A stretch of 64,000 nucleotides of DNA from a virus (Duplodnaviria; Caudoviricetes). The notes beneath the pieces are model-generated. The model was not told the origin of the DNA. It ran no database searches and was given only the letters and a program-made list of their open reading frames with translations. The DNA is taken from the IMG/VR virus record IMGVR_UViG_3300027749_000080, positions 1 through 64,000 of that record; one strand, written 5' to 3'. Of the stretch, positions 28,673-38,705 are shown piece by piece; within the stretch, counting starts at the first letter, position 1, and each line of letters starts with the position of its first letter. Both the position numbers and the translations under genes were made by a program.

Positions 28673-28978
28673 ATGAAACTCTCAGTAGGTGACAAAATTA
28701 GGATTCACGTAGATGTGGAAGAACTGCAAAATGATTTGCTTGAAATGGTAGATGGCCAAGAAGCAGTCATTACCGAAATCTATCAAAATAGTTATGAACC
28801 TGACGTTGACCGAATTGAAGTTGAATTAGTTAATCCAGTTGAGTTTCATGGACAGAGCCTGGTGGTTGTTCCTGGTTTGTATATGGATAATATTGAAAAA
28901 ATTGAAGGCCTTCAAGAAAGTAAAAAAACTGCTAAAAGATACCTAAGTAGATTCGTTGGAACTTTTGCAAATTATTAA
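28673..28978 (+). CDS. small SH3/KOW-like beta protein
   Basis: LSVGDKIRI...GQEAVITEI pattern; ATAAATAT upstream. Confidence 0.65.
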   Translation: MKLSVGDKIRIHVDVEELQNDLLEMVDGQEAVITEIYQNSYEPDVDRIEVELVNPVEFHGQSLVVVPGLYMDNIEKIEGLQESKKTAKRYLSRFVGTFANY

Positions 28979-28980
28979 TT

Positions 28981-29514
28981 ATGAAATCTGGTATAAAATT
29001 ATTTGAAGCATTTTACGGAAAGGACTATTTGGAGCATGAATTTCACAGATATGATAGTGATATTGATTTTTATAAGACGGTTAAAATAAAGACTGCGGGT
29101 AATCCGGATAATTTAAAAAGATTAGCTGAATTAGGAATAACAAAGGATGTTGAAGAAATTGAAGATATTAGTTTTGATACAGTTAGGGTTACATATGAAA
29201 TGAAACCTTATTTTGATAATGCTGGGATTCATGATATTGACTTTATCCTAAGGACCGTTTATATTTCTGGCGAATATACAATTTGGGATGAAGCTAAACA
29301 GGAAGAAACTCGGTATGATTTTGAAATTGAAGATGCTGGGCCGTTTGACGGTCGAGTTCAGGCAAAATGGGGTAGCTTACCGTTTTATCCAAAAAATATA
29401 GCAATTACTACTCCATGGTCAACTATTAAAAATGGGGTTCAAACTAAACATCCATTTGACCCATCTGCACCAGATGCATCTAAATTTACATATGAAGTAG
29501 AAATTGGTGAATAA
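28981..29514 (+). CDS. tagged late protein
   Basis: IKLFEAF; NLKRLAELGI. Confidence 0.75.
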   Translation: MKSGIKLFEAFYGKDYLEHEFHRYDSDIDFYKTVKIKTAGNPDNLKRLAELGITKDVEEIEDISFDTVRVTYEMKPYFDNAGIHDIDFILRTVYISGEYTIWDEAKQEETRYDFEIEDAGPFDGRVQAKWGSLPFYPKNIAITTPWSTIKNGVQTKHPFDPSAPDASKFTYEVEIGE

Positions 29515-29538
29515 TTCTTAAATTGATTGATATTAAGT

Positions 29539-29569
29539 AAAAGGAAGGTCTCATACTCTTCCTTTTTTT
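29539..29569 (+). terminator. rho-independent terminator
   Basis: AAAAGGAAG...CTTCCTTTT plus T run, followed by a late promoter at 29580-29587. Confidence 0.75.
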
Positions 29570-29611
29570 ATTTAGGTCGATAAATAACCTTATAAAAAAT
29601 AGTTTAATAAT

Positions 29612-31636
29612 ATGTCTGGACTAAATCCAACCTTTGGGCTAGAGTTAATAACAGCAGAAGCATTTGCTGGGGTTAATTATATGCGCACATTAGCTGAAAA
29701 AGCAAAAACTCCAGGGTTTGCGTCATTAACTAAAGCATTAGATGAGGCGCCTACTGGAAATGGTGGGTTTTTACAGACAAACGTAAGTTCAATATTTAAT
29801 AAGTTTACAGTATTCCAGTATTCGGCTTTGACGATCGGTTCAATATATAAGCCAGAAGGTCACTTTATTGGATTTTCAACTAATTTAAAATCGGATAAAG
29901 ATTACATATCTGACTCGCTTACTGATCTTGTCCTTAAAAAAACAGTTCTTGACAACATTGAAGATGGCGTAATTAGTAGTGATACTAGTCCTAGGAGAAG
30001 AAGAATAGATTCAGCCTTAGCTGGACTTGAAGCAACTAAAGCAGCGGCCAAAGGCGCTGCTGCTAGTTTTAAATCAAATGTTGAAAATACATTATCTAAT
30101 CCAACTGCGCCAGTTTTAATAAAATGGGGAGCAACAAAATCTCCAGCCTCAGCAATTGGATTTCAGCCATATTCACTAACTGATTTTATGTTTTGTAAAG
30201 ATTATGGTAAAATTCCAAATAATCGATTGATAACTTTACGCAGATATCCATTTCCAATTGATGATTCATTAAGATTAGGCCAAACTGACCAAAAGCGTAA
30301 TGCATTACCGGTTGCGCAAGCAGTTACTTGGTTTGGTAGTGATACTGGTAATTCATTAAATAGTATTGGACTTTTTAAATGGGATATGACATTTACTGAT
30401 GTTGAAGTTCAGGAACAAATTATTACAGGTAATGAAGTAACGTTGGATGATTTAGCTGAGGTATTTACAAAGATTGGAAAAGGCGGCGACGCTGTTGTTG
30501 GCCTTTTAAAAACTGCATATGCAACAGTTAATGGATCAGATGAATCTATGCAACAAGCAAGCGGATTTGATAAAGAGATGCAAAAATATCAAAGGAATTT
30601 ATATGATTCAACATCCGGTCCATATTGGAATCGTATATACGGCCCAGTAAACGTAATTCATAAATCAAGTAAACGTACTAGAGGAATGCAAAATCAAAAT
30701 TGGAATACAACATTTACAATAAACTTTAGATATTCGTTTAGATCGTTTAATGGTATGAGCCCAAAGATTGTAGCCCTAGACCTAATTTCAAATTTTATTA
30801 ATTTGACATATAATGATGCCCAATTTTTAGGCCAACTTGCTAGATATTTTCCAAAAACTGGATTAAAAATGAGCCCAACCACAACTGAGGCATTTGGTAA
30901 AATTTTAACAAGTTGGGGATCAAGCTATACTGGAAATAATGCTGATGAGTTTAGTAAAATTTTAACAAATATGAATAGCGCATTAGAAGCAGCTGGAAGT
31001 GCAATTCAAAATAATTTGATGGAGACAATAGGTAAAGGTCTTCAAACTGCATTAATGTCTCCTGATAAATTAGGAAAGGCAATTCCTGAGCTTATTTCTG
31101 TGAAAGCCGCATTATCCGATAGGCCAGTTGGAGAATGGCATATTGTTGTAGGCAATCCACTTAATCCAATTTTTGTAATGGGAGATTTATTATGCACAAA
31201 TGTTGAAATGAAATGGGATGAAGAACTTGGGCCTGATGATTTTCCAACTGGTGTTAGTTTTGGAGTAACCCTAAAACAGGGAAAACCTAGAGATAAAACA
31301 TCAATTGAAAGAATGTTAAATCATGGAGAAACTAAATTAACCTCAGGTATGCTTAGAACCTCTTCAATTAGTGATACCTTTGGTAAAGAAAATAATAATG
31401 TGTGGTCAGAAGTTAAGGCAACTTCTGAGGGTAAGCAAGACGAATCCCTTGCTGCATATTATGAGCAGTTAGGAGCACCAGCTAAAGCCAGGTATGACCA
31501 ATTTAGAAATAGATTTTTAGTTGGATATGGATTAAGCGAGGCCCCAAAAGCAGTAACCGATAAAGCACTTAAGCCTGACATAATTGATGATAATTTACTA
31601 TTATTTTATTATCAACGCCAATACGGTAAAAACTAA
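29612..31636 (+). CDS. putative baseplate/tail-assembly protein
   Basis: 674 aa; first gene of a late operon with gp53-, hub- and gp5-like genes; C-terminal LCTNVEMKWD...FPTGVSFGVTL is tube-fold-like. Confidence 0.5.
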   Translation: MSGLNPTFGLELITAEAFAGVNYMRTLAEKAKTPGFASLTKALDEAPTGNGGFLQTNVSSIFNKFTVFQYSALTIGSIYKPEGHFIGFSTNLKSDKDYISDSLTDLVLKKTVLDNIEDGVISSDTSPRRRRIDSALAGLEATKAAAKGAAASFKSNVENTLSNPTAPVLIKWGATKSPASAIGFQPYSLTDFMFCKDYGKIPNNRLITLRRYPFPIDDSLRLGQTDQKRNALPVAQAVTWFGSDTGNSLNSIGLFKWDMTFTDVEVQEQIITGNEVTLDDLAEVFTKIGKGGDAVVGLLKTAYATVNGSDESMQQASGFDKEMQKYQRNLYDSTSGPYWNRIYGPVNVIHKSSKRTRGMQNQNWNTTFTINFRYSFRSFNGMSPKIVALDLISNFINLTYNDAQFLGQLARYFPKTGLKMSPTTTEAFGKILTSWGSSYTGNNADEFSKILTNMNSALEAAGSAIQNNLMETIGKGLQTALMSPDKLGKAIPELISVKAALSDRPVGEWHIVVGNPLNPIFVMGDLLCTNVEMKWDEELGPDDFPTGVSFGVTLKQGKPRDKTSIERMLNHGETKLTSGMLRTSSISDTFGKENNNVWSEVKATSEGKQDESLAAYYEQLGAPAKARYDQFRNRFLVGYGLSEAPKAVTDKALKPDIIDDNLLLFYYQRQYGKN

Positions 31637-31646
31637 TCAATATAAT

Positions 31647-32246
31647 ATGATAGATTTTAAAATATTTCAAAATAAGCTAAGTTTTACAAAAACAAATGGC
31701 GATGTTGTTACTGACTTAACTCGACGCAGTGTTTCATTTAAAGGAGTTTTAGTAAATCAAGGCAGAAGTTTAATAGTTGATGATGGATTACAAATGAGAG
31801 GAGACTTACTTTCAAAAATTTTATATCAAACCACTTCATTTATGTGTGTGTTATTTAAGTATAATGGAATATCTAATCCATTTTCATTAGATATTAATGA
31901 TTTTATTAAAGCGCCAGATGGTGCAGTATTATCAGCAATGTTAACTAATCCTGCTAATATTAATGGAAGTAATAATAATTGGGAGACTTCTACTAGAAAA
32001 AAGAAAAAGACTGCACTAATTTCTCCAAAAACTAAACAGGATAAAATGCGGCTTGATTATTTACAGAAAAATACAAATACAGCAATCGCACCTCCTAATA
32101 TAGCCAAAGACACCTCAGTAAAAGTGGTGAATGGTAAGATTATTTTTGGAGCTGATGTTACATCAGTGAAAAAGGAGGACTGCCCTGATCCAATCTCTAG
32201 GACTAAGCTACAAGCAGCATTGGTAAAAAATAAAATATTTGGTTAA
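31647..32246 (+). CDS. gp53: baseplate wedge protein, gp53/LysM-like
   Basis: RGDLLSKILY...LFKYNGISNPFSL...IKAP; start moved to ATG 31647 (after the upstream stop). Confidence 0.65.
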   Translation: MIDFKIFQNKLSFTKTNGDVVTDLTRRSVSFKGVLVNQGRSLIVDDGLQMRGDLLSKILYQTTSFMCVLFKYNGISNPFSLDINDFIKAPDGAVLSAMLTNPANINGSNNNWETSTRKKKKTALISPKTKQDKMRLDYLQKNTNTAIAPPNIAKDTSVKVVNGKIIFGADVTSVKKEDCPDPISRTKLQAALVKNKIFG

Positions 32247-33742
32247 TGGCAGCGGTTAAAGACTTAATTATACAAACACTTGAGCCAACAATTACTCCAC
32301 CAAGTATTAGTTTACTTGATCTTGAAACTGCTGGTCCAGATACAAGCGTTAGGTCTGCTTCCCAGTCAGGCTATGCTCAACAGTTAGGTAAAAAATCTCC
32401 ATTAATTAGAATTGGAAATTCTACAATTGCTCCAGAGAACGTAATATCAATGTCAGTATCAATGAATTCAATTATACCTACAATTCATGTAGCTGTAATT
32501 GATACAATGGGAACACTAACTTCACGAACATATCCTAGGACTAATTTATTAATCACTGCATTTGTTGCACAAAGCCATCCAAAATTAAAATCCTTTTCTC
32601 AATCATTCTTAATTACAAATGTCAATTCAATACCATTGGGTTTTGGAGAAACCAGATATGATTTCTTTGGGGAATTGTATATTCCAAATTTGAATGGTAA
32701 TTTTATTAAATCATATAATGGTCTAACTTCAGCACAAGCACTAAAAAAAGTAGCAGAAGAATTAGGATTAGGTTTTGCAACAAATGAAGATACGACTGAT
32801 GATAAAATGACTTGGATTAATCCTAACTTAAATTATAAATCATTTATTAAGCAAGTAACAGATCACTCATATAAAAATGAAAAGTCTTTTTTTGAATGTT
32901 TTATTGACCGGTATTATGTACTTAATTTTATTAATGTTGAAAAACAATTTAAACAGTTTAATGATGATAAAGAAATATCAGACGGATATCCAGCAATATC
33001 AGCTGAATCAATTGATACTTCTAGAGCAGAAAATGGAAATACAATATTATCACCAGATACAACAATTAAGCTTATTTTAACAAATTCATCTAGCGGAAGT
33101 AAATTATCTGAGATGAAAATTTTAGAATATTCAATGATTGGCGAAAATGGAGATATTTTAAAAAATAATGGTTTTAGAAAAAGAATTTTTATTTATAAAC
33201 ATGGAGAGACTGATCCACTTAACACCTGGTTTGTTGAACCTCTATCTGAAGCATCAGCGGATGGAGTAAGTGTATATCAATTGCCTGATCTAAAAGATTA
33301 TATTGATAATGATGTTGTTAAATGGATGGGAACTGATTATAACAATGCTCATCTAAATTATAAATTTGCAAAATTATTAAATAATCATAATTTAGTTGAA
33401 TCAAATAAAAATGCACTTTTGGTTAAATTGCCTGGGTTTAATCATAATATACTTAGAGGAAGTAGAATTAAGGTAAATATATATTCAACCAGAACTCAAC
33501 AAATGAGTCATGATAAAATACAAAATGATTTGGCAGTACCTAGTGATTCTCAAAAATCCGATAATCCAATGGAGAGTAGTGCATCTGCTGAAATATTAGA
33601 TACATATTTAAGTGATACATATTATGTAAAGAGTATAGATTATCATTATAATACGCAGGACCCGGCATATAAATTTACAACAACAATGATTTTAAGTAGA
33701 AAAAATTGGTTACCTGAACCAAAGGTAGAAAATAAAGAATAA
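32246..33742 (+). CDS. baseplate hub protein (gp27/GpD-like)
   Basis: ALKKVAEELGL, FFECFID.Y..LNF, LPGFN..I.RG..I, YYVKSIDYHY...TTMILSR; context. Confidence 0.55.
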   Translation: MAAVKDLIIQTLEPTITPPSISLLDLETAGPDTSVRSASQSGYAQQLGKKSPLIRIGNSTIAPENVISMSVSMNSIIPTIHVAVIDTMGTLTSRTYPRTNLLITAFVAQSHPKLKSFSQSFLITNVNSIPLGFGETRYDFFGELYIPNLNGNFIKSYNGLTSAQALKKVAEELGLGFATNEDTTDDKMTWINPNLNYKSFIKQVTDHSYKNEKSFFECFIDRYYVLNFINVEKQFKQFNDDKEISDGYPAISAESIDTSRAENGNTILSPDTTIKLILTNSSSGSKLSEMKILEYSMIGENGDILKNNGFRKRIFIYKHGETDPLNTWFVEPLSEASADGVSVYQLPDLKDYIDNDVVKWMGTDYNNAHLNYKFAKLLNNHNLVESNKNALLVKLPGFNHNILRGSRIKVNIYSTRTQQMSHDKIQNDLAVPSDSQKSDNPMESSASAEILDTYLSDTYYVKSIDYHYNTQDPAYKFTTTMILSRKNWLPEPKVENKE

Positions 33743-33744
33743 TT

Positions 33745-34830
33745 ATGGCAGTAAATTTTAAAACAAATGGACCAAGAAGATGGAAGCAGTTTGTAAAAAC
33801 TTCGCTTAATGATATACAGGATCCAATATTCCTGACATTTGACTTGGACTTTTTTCCACCAATACATCAACAAACTGCATCAAATGATGGATTATATTTT
33901 GATGGATTATTTAAGAAGGGACATGTGGCAACCAAAGACGAGAGTGAATATAACTTGGTTGAATGGGCAGCAATTGACTGGTTGTATGCATATGGTTCTC
34001 CATGGACAAAAAAGAATTTTCAATATTTAGGAGATGCCACAGTATTATTAAAACAATTACAAGAGAGCCCATGGTATTTTCAATCTATTATGGGAGTAGA
34101 TAGTTTATGGAAAGCTGCAAGTAGAGTTAAAGAAGGGGATAAAAAGATTGAAATTACTATAAATTGCCTTGATTCAATACAGCAACCATTACTTAGATTT
34201 GCTGAAGCATATCGCCGCGCAATTTATGATTTTGATAAACTATGTTATACACTACCAGATAATCTTAGAACATTTGATATGACAATTACTCTATTTGAAA
34301 TTAGAGATATTAGTGATGACTCTGGTAATTTAGAAAATGGACTTCACCAGTTAAAATATAGACTACAACGCTGTGAATTTGATTTTTCAGATATACTTAA
34401 TGGTGCAGGTACTACTGAAATTAAAGCGTATACTGAAGATAAACCTTTTAGTACATCATTTAAAATTAGAGCAGCATGGGTAATGGAAGAGTCAGAGTCC
34501 TCAAACGTGTCTAATTATCAGTCATTAGGTATTTTTTCAGGCCTAGCAAGTTCGCTTGGAAGTAAAGCTCAAGGCTTTTTACAAAGTGCAGCACGACTAC
34601 CGGCCCGAATACTTGGGGATCTTACCAACCAATTACAAACTAAACTTGAAACCGCATTAGGCCAAAATGTGTATAATAGAACTACTGAAGTACTTGGAAC
34701 AAATCAACTATTTGGTAGAACTTCACCAGTTGGACCAGGCGGTGGAGCTGTTGTTAATGACGATGTTTATCCAGGAGTGGATAAGAAGCCTGTAATTAAG
34801 GATGGCGGTTTGGGTGATGTTTATCCATAA
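33745..34830 (+). CDS. putative tail-tube initiator/baseplate protein (gp48/gp54-like)
   Basis: Tube-like pattern (ITINCLDS...FDMTITLFE...F.TSFKI); lies between hub and spike genes. Confidence 0.45.
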   Translation: MAVNFKTNGPRRWKQFVKTSLNDIQDPIFLTFDLDFFPPIHQQTASNDGLYFDGLFKKGHVATKDESEYNLVEWAAIDWLYAYGSPWTKKNFQYLGDATVLLKQLQESPWYFQSIMGVDSLWKAASRVKEGDKKIEITINCLDSIQQPLLRFAEAYRRAIYDFDKLCYTLPDNLRTFDMTITLFEIRDISDDSGNLENGLHQLKYRLQRCEFDFSDILNGAGTTEIKAYTEDKPFSTSFKIRAAWVMEESESSNVSNYQSLGIFSGLASSLGSKAQGFLQSAARLPARILGDLTNQLQTKLETALGQNVYNRTTEVLGTNQLFGRTSPVGPGGGAVVNDDVYPGVDKKPVIKDGGLGDVYP

Positions 34831-34869
34831 TTCTAATAATAGGTAAAGTGAAAAGTTAAAAAGTGTAAA

Positions 34870-35673
34870 ATGATAGGACCAAATCACGATATAGACAAGG
34901 ATCCAACTGGATCGGATAATTTAACTACTAAATTTCTTGGTGAAGTAGTTGATGTTACTGACCCATTACGTGAGGGTCGGTGTAAAATTAAAGTATTTAG
35001 TATTTTTGATACTTTACCAGTTGAGGATATTCCATGGGCAACACAGTCTCAAAAACCTGCATTTTTTGGGCAAGATGCAAAGGCTGGCTCAATTTCAATT
35101 CCTAAAAAAGGAGCAATTGTAAATGTCCGATTTAATAATGGCGATCTTTATTCTCCAGAGTATGAACAGGTGCAGGAAATTGGAGATGATATTAAAGAAG
35201 AACTTAAGAAGAGTACGGATTACGAATATGAAGGCGCTCACTATATCTTATTTGATGGAGATGAACAAATTAAATTTTGGTTTAATAAAGGTAAAGGCTT
35301 AACCCTTGAGATGAAAGACTCTTACCTAAACATTGATCAAAATTCCAAAATTGAACTTTATCATAAAGATGGACTATCGTCAGTTGAATTAGATGGAAAT
35401 GTTATTACAGTAATGAGTCAATCTCAAGTAAATGTAGTTTCAAATTCAATTAAAACCAGTGCTCAAAATGTTCACATTGACGGTAAAACAACCCGAATTG
35501 GATCATCTAATGTTGTTGAAAGTGCAGTAATGGGAGATACTTTATACGCTGCATTATACGGCTTAGCTGCCATGATTGATGCTAAAATGCCTGCAACACC
35601 AGGTGCAGCACAACAATATATACAAAATTTAAGAGATGCAATGCTTTCTGAAACAGTAGCAATTGGCCATTAA
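34870..35673 (+). CDS. gp5: baseplate central spike, gp5 N-terminal OB-fold (no lysozyme domain)
   Basis: FLGEVVDVTDPLREGRCKIKV, IPWA, SIPKKGAIVNVRF.NGD...P; beta-rich C-terminus. Confidence 0.8.
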   Translation: MIGPNHDIDKDPTGSDNLTTKFLGEVVDVTDPLREGRCKIKVFSIFDTLPVEDIPWATQSQKPAFFGQDAKAGSISIPKKGAIVNVRFNNGDLYSPEYEQVQEIGDDIKEELKKSTDYEYEGAHYILFDGDEQIKFWFNKGKGLTLEMKDSYLNIDQNSKIELYHKDGLSSVELDGNVITVMSQSQVNVVSNSIKTSAQNVHIDGKTTRIGSSNVVESAVMGDTLYAALYGLAAMIDAKMPATPGAAQQYIQNLRDAMLSETVAIGH

Positions 35674-35719
35674 ACTTATTTAGTCTAATTAGTATTAGAT
35701 AGTAAATTACAATTCACAT

Positions 35720-36631
35720 TTGTTGAAGAATCATTACCAAACGCTTGGGGTCTCAGAAACCTCAACCCATGACGATATCCGAAAGGCATATCGAAAACTT
35801 GCAACCAAATATCATCCAGATAAAAATGGTGGAAGCTCTGAGGCGGAAGATAAATTCAAAGAAATTGCAGAAGCTTATGAGACCTTAGGTAATGAAGATA
35901 AACGTACAACTTATGATAATTCCAGAAAATTTGGTGATTCACGGAATGCTGATTTTTTTGGTAATTTTGGATCATTTAGAGACTTTTCATTTGGTGGAAA
36001 CAGATCACATGATTTTAGAAACTTAACAATAATGGTTGATAAGTGGGCCACTATTAAGGAATTAATGGATGGAGCTGTATTTGATATACAATATATTGTA
36101 AATAAAACAATTTCAGGCTCGGCAAAATCTGAAAATAAACAGGTTAGGGTTAAAATTGACTTGGCAAATGAAAGTTATCCAATTTCATTTGATAATGGCA
36201 GATATTTAATTACTTTAAAAGTTAGAGGCGGTGGCTCAGGTCAAGAAATTGAAGATTTTGACTATTTGGGTAAAAAAAGAAATTCAGTAGTTACTGGTGA
36301 TTTAATAGTTCGTATAAACATTGATATGTTAGGACTTACCCTTGACCAAAGTGATATTATTCAGGACTTTGAGCTAAGTTTACATGATATATTATTCACT
36401 GAAGAAGTTATCCTGGAAAGCCCAATGGGCAAAAAGTATCGAATTAAATCGTTTAATCGAGATACTCTAAATAATATAACCGTCAAAATACCTAATCAAG
36501 GCTTGCTCTCTGCATTTGGTCACAAAGGAAGCTATGTGTTTAAGATATTGGTTAAAAAGCCAAATTTTTCAAATATTAGTGAAGAAAACTTACAAATTTT
36601 AAAAGACTTGCTGATTGACGTTAATAAATAA
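35720..36631 (+). CDS. dnaJ: DnaJ/CbpA-like co-chaperone (no zinc finger)
   Basis: J domain with [21 protein letters not shown]; GDLIVRI; TTG start. Confidence 0.88.
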   Translation: MLKNHYQTLGVSETSTHDDIRKAYRKLATKYHPDKNGGSSEAEDKFKEIAEAYETLGNEDKRTTYDNSRKFGDSRNADFFGNFGSFRDFSFGGNRSHDFRNLTIMVDKWATIKELMDGAVFDIQYIVNKTISGSAKSENKQVRVKIDLANESYPISFDNGRYLITLKVRGGGSGQEIEDFDYLGKKRNSVVTGDLIVRINIDMLGLTLDQSDIIQDFELSLHDILFTEEVILESPMGKKYRIKSFNRDTLNNITVKIPNQGLLSAFGHKGSYVFKILVKKPNFSNISEENLQILKDLLIDVNK

Positions 36632-36698
36632 TGTTAGTACGGCCTACCTAGAGTAATAGGAATGGACTCGTATAAATAATCAAAAAAGTCTAACTAAG

Positions 36699-38687
36699 TT
36701 GACTACTACTAATATTAAAAGTTTAAACCAACCTGCTATCCCAGAGAATTCAGTGTTTATCATTGAGCATCTAAATGAAGCAGTTACGGTAACTAGAGAA
36801 AACAATGATGTTATTCTTGAAGGTACTGCGGCAGTTTTCGGAGTAATGAATGAAAACAATCGTATTTACGAAAAACAAGAATACTTACCTCATTTAACTT
36901 ACTTAAATGAGAAGATCAAACAACGCAGACTATTTGGTGAACTTGATCATCCACAAAAATTTGATGTTTCGTTAGCTAATGTATCTCACGTAATTGAGGG
37001 ACTTACTTATGATGAACCAACTAATAGTGTAAAAATTAGACTGCGTTTATTAGATACACCATGCGGTAGAATTGCAAAAACCTTGGTTGAAGCCGGTTGT
37101 ACCACTTCAATCTCTTCAAGAGCTGCAGGTAATGTTGCTGAGAATGGAAAGGTTAAATTAGCAAAAATATTCACATACGATTTGGTTGCAGAACCTGGTT
37201 TTGCACAAGCTGCGCTTGGCCAAGTATCTGAAAGTTTGCAAAATAACTATTCTGCAATATTTGAATCACTAGATTCATTAAGAACTACTGCAATCACTAC
37301 CAAGTTAACAGATATTTCTGAAAACTTTGGTTTTGAGGATTCTGTGAAGATTTACAGAATAAATAATCAAGAAATACCAACTAAACAAAATAATACACAG
37401 CAAATGGCTAATGAGTTTGTAACAAAAGAAGAGATGAATCAGTATTCTGAACTGGTTAAAAAGAAATTTTCTTCTCTACAAGAGAATATCTCTAAAAACA
37501 ATAAAGGTCTTCAAAAGATCAGCGAAAATGCAACCGAAGGAGAATCTCCAGTTGTTGCTAAAATGGTAGAATACGTTAACTACTTAGCTGGCGAAATGGA
37601 GCAGTTAGTTGAATACTCTAACTATCTTTCAACAATGTTAAATCAAGGTATTAATTACACTGAGCACGTTGCAGAGAAAGTTAATACTGTAATCGATTAT
37701 TCTGATTACTTAGCAGAAAAAGTAGAAAAGAATATTCAATACTCTGACTATTTAGGAGAGAAAGTTAATCAAAATATTAACTATTCTGAATATATTGCAG
37801 AAAACGTAGAAAAAACAGTTGAATACGCTAACTACATTGCAGAAAACGTAGATAAAGGCATTCAATACACTGAATACGTTGCTGAAAGCGCAGAAAAAGG
37901 AATTCAATTTTCAAATTACCTAGCTGAGAATTTAGATGCAGCAATTAAATACTCTAATTATCTTGGAGAAAACCTTGATCAAGGTATTAAATATTCAGAA
38001 TATATTGCTGAATCATTAAATGAAAAAATCACTCCTTCAGCTTTAACTAAAACTCGTTCTTTACTTGGAGAAGTTAAAAAATTAAACGAAGGTGTAGAAT
38101 TTGAAGTTAATGAAACTTCTTCAGTTGATGATCTAGTTGGAGCAGTTGATGGAATCTTAACTCACATTAAATCAAATTCAGCTAAAGCTGTTTTGGAAAA
38201 CAAATATCCATTCCTAAAATTGTTAAACGAAGGTCGTAAGCAAGCATTCTATAATTTAGATCAAGCTACTAAATCTGCAATTGTTGAAACAATGCAAGGA
38301 GCTATTTACTTTAACGAAGGTGAAGTAGTTAATATTATGGAAGCAGTTCTTAACAAGCAAGTTGAAAACACTCCTAATTATATTAAACTTATGCCAGCTG
38401 CATACAAGCAATTATTTGAAGGTATGACTGATGGAGAGAAAAATTGGATGGCTTCTCAAGCTAATAACTTCACTCTAAATACTTCATATCAAGTTAAGTC
38501 TTTCTGGGATTCTCGCGATTTCAGAGGAATTAATGAAAGAATTGCAACTGAAACAATTATAAATAATAATTCTATTAACGAAAACCAAGGTAAAGAAGGT
38601 TACGTATCGTTAAACCAAATAAACGAAAGTCTACGTGGTTATTCTAATAACTACATGGACGCTCTTAAAAGAAGAGCACAAAATTAA
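36699..38687 (+). CDS. gp21: prohead protease (gp21) fused to scaffold/core protein
   Basis: NENNRIY, FGELDHP, VSHVI, LLDTPCG, ISSRAAG, TYDLVAEPG protease motifs followed by a 430-aa helical repeat region; TTG start; directly upstream of the capsid gene. Confidence 0.88.
   Translation: MTTTNIKSLNQPAIPENSVFIIEHLNEAVTVTRENNDVILEGTAAVFGVMNENNRIYEKQEYLPHLTYLNEKIKQRRLFGELDHPQKFDVSLANVSHVIEGLTYDEPTNSVKIRLRLLDTPCGRIAKTLVEAGCTTSISSRAAGNVAENGKVKLAKIFTYDLVAEPGFAQAALGQVSESLQNNYSAIFESLDSLRTTAITTKLTDISENFGFEDSVKIYRINNQEIPTKQNNTQQMANEFVTKEEMNQYSELVKKKFSSLQENISKNNKGLQKISENATEGESPVVAKMVEYVNYLAGEMEQLVEYSNYLSTMLNQGINYTEHVAEKVNTVIDYSDYLAEKVEKNIQYSDYLGEKVNQNINYSEYIAENVEKTVEYANYIAENVDKGIQYTEYVAESAEKGIQFSNYLAENLDAAIKYSNYLGENLDQGIKYSEYIAESLNEKITPSALTKTRSLLGEVKKLNEGVEFEVNETSSVDDLVGAVDGILTHIKSNSAKAVLENKYPFLKLLNEGRKQAFYNLDQATKSAIVETMQGAIYFNEGEVVNIMEAVLNKQVENTPNYIKLMPAAYKQLFEGMTDGEKNWMASQANNFTLNTSYQVKSFWDSRDFRGINERIATETIINNNSINENQGKEGYVSLNQINESLRGYSNNYMDALKRRAQN
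37404..38687 (+). CDS. putative nested in-frame scaffold protein (internal ATG, Met236)
   Basis: ATAAATAA at 37359-37366 and an A-rich leader aaataatacacagcaaATG inside the protease ORF. Confidence 0.5.
   Translation: MANEFVTKEEMNQYSELVKKKFSSLQENISKNNKGLQKISENATEGESPVVAKMVEYVNYLAGEMEQLVEYSNYLSTMLNQGINYTEHVAEKVNTVIDYSDYLAEKVEKNIQYSDYLGEKVNQNINYSEYIAENVEKTVEYANYIAENVDKGIQYTEYVAESAEKGIQFSNYLAENLDAAIKYSNYLGENLDQGIKYSEYIAESLNEKITPSALTKTRSLLGEVKKLNEGVEFEVNETSSVDDLVGAVDGILTHIKSNSAKAVLENKYPFLKLLNEGRKQAFYNLDQATKSAIVETMQGAIYFNEGEVVNIMEAVLNKQVENTPNYIKLMPAAYKQLFEGMTDGEKNWMASQANNFTLNTSYQVKSFWDSRDFRGINERIATETIINNNSINENQGKEGYVSLNQINESLRGYSNNYMDALKRRAQN
37566..38027 (+). repeat. coding tandem repeat, 11 x 42 nt (14 aa, consensus I-x-Y-S-x-Y-[LIV]-A-E-x5)
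   Basis: VEYVNYLAGEMEQL ... IKYSEYIAESLNEK at an exact 42-nt period. Confidence 0.9.
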
Positions 38688-38705
38688 AAAAACATTTTTT
38701 AAAAA

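Noticed and set aside
34844-34871. AAAG-N17-TAAAAT upstream of the gp5-like gene as an early-type promoter
   Set aside because: Mismatch in the AAAC box and the hexamer overlaps the start codon
37566-38027. Regularly spaced 42-nt repeats as a CRISPR array
   Set aside because: Repeats are in-frame, degenerate at synonymous positions and contiguous, without unique spacers; no cas genes
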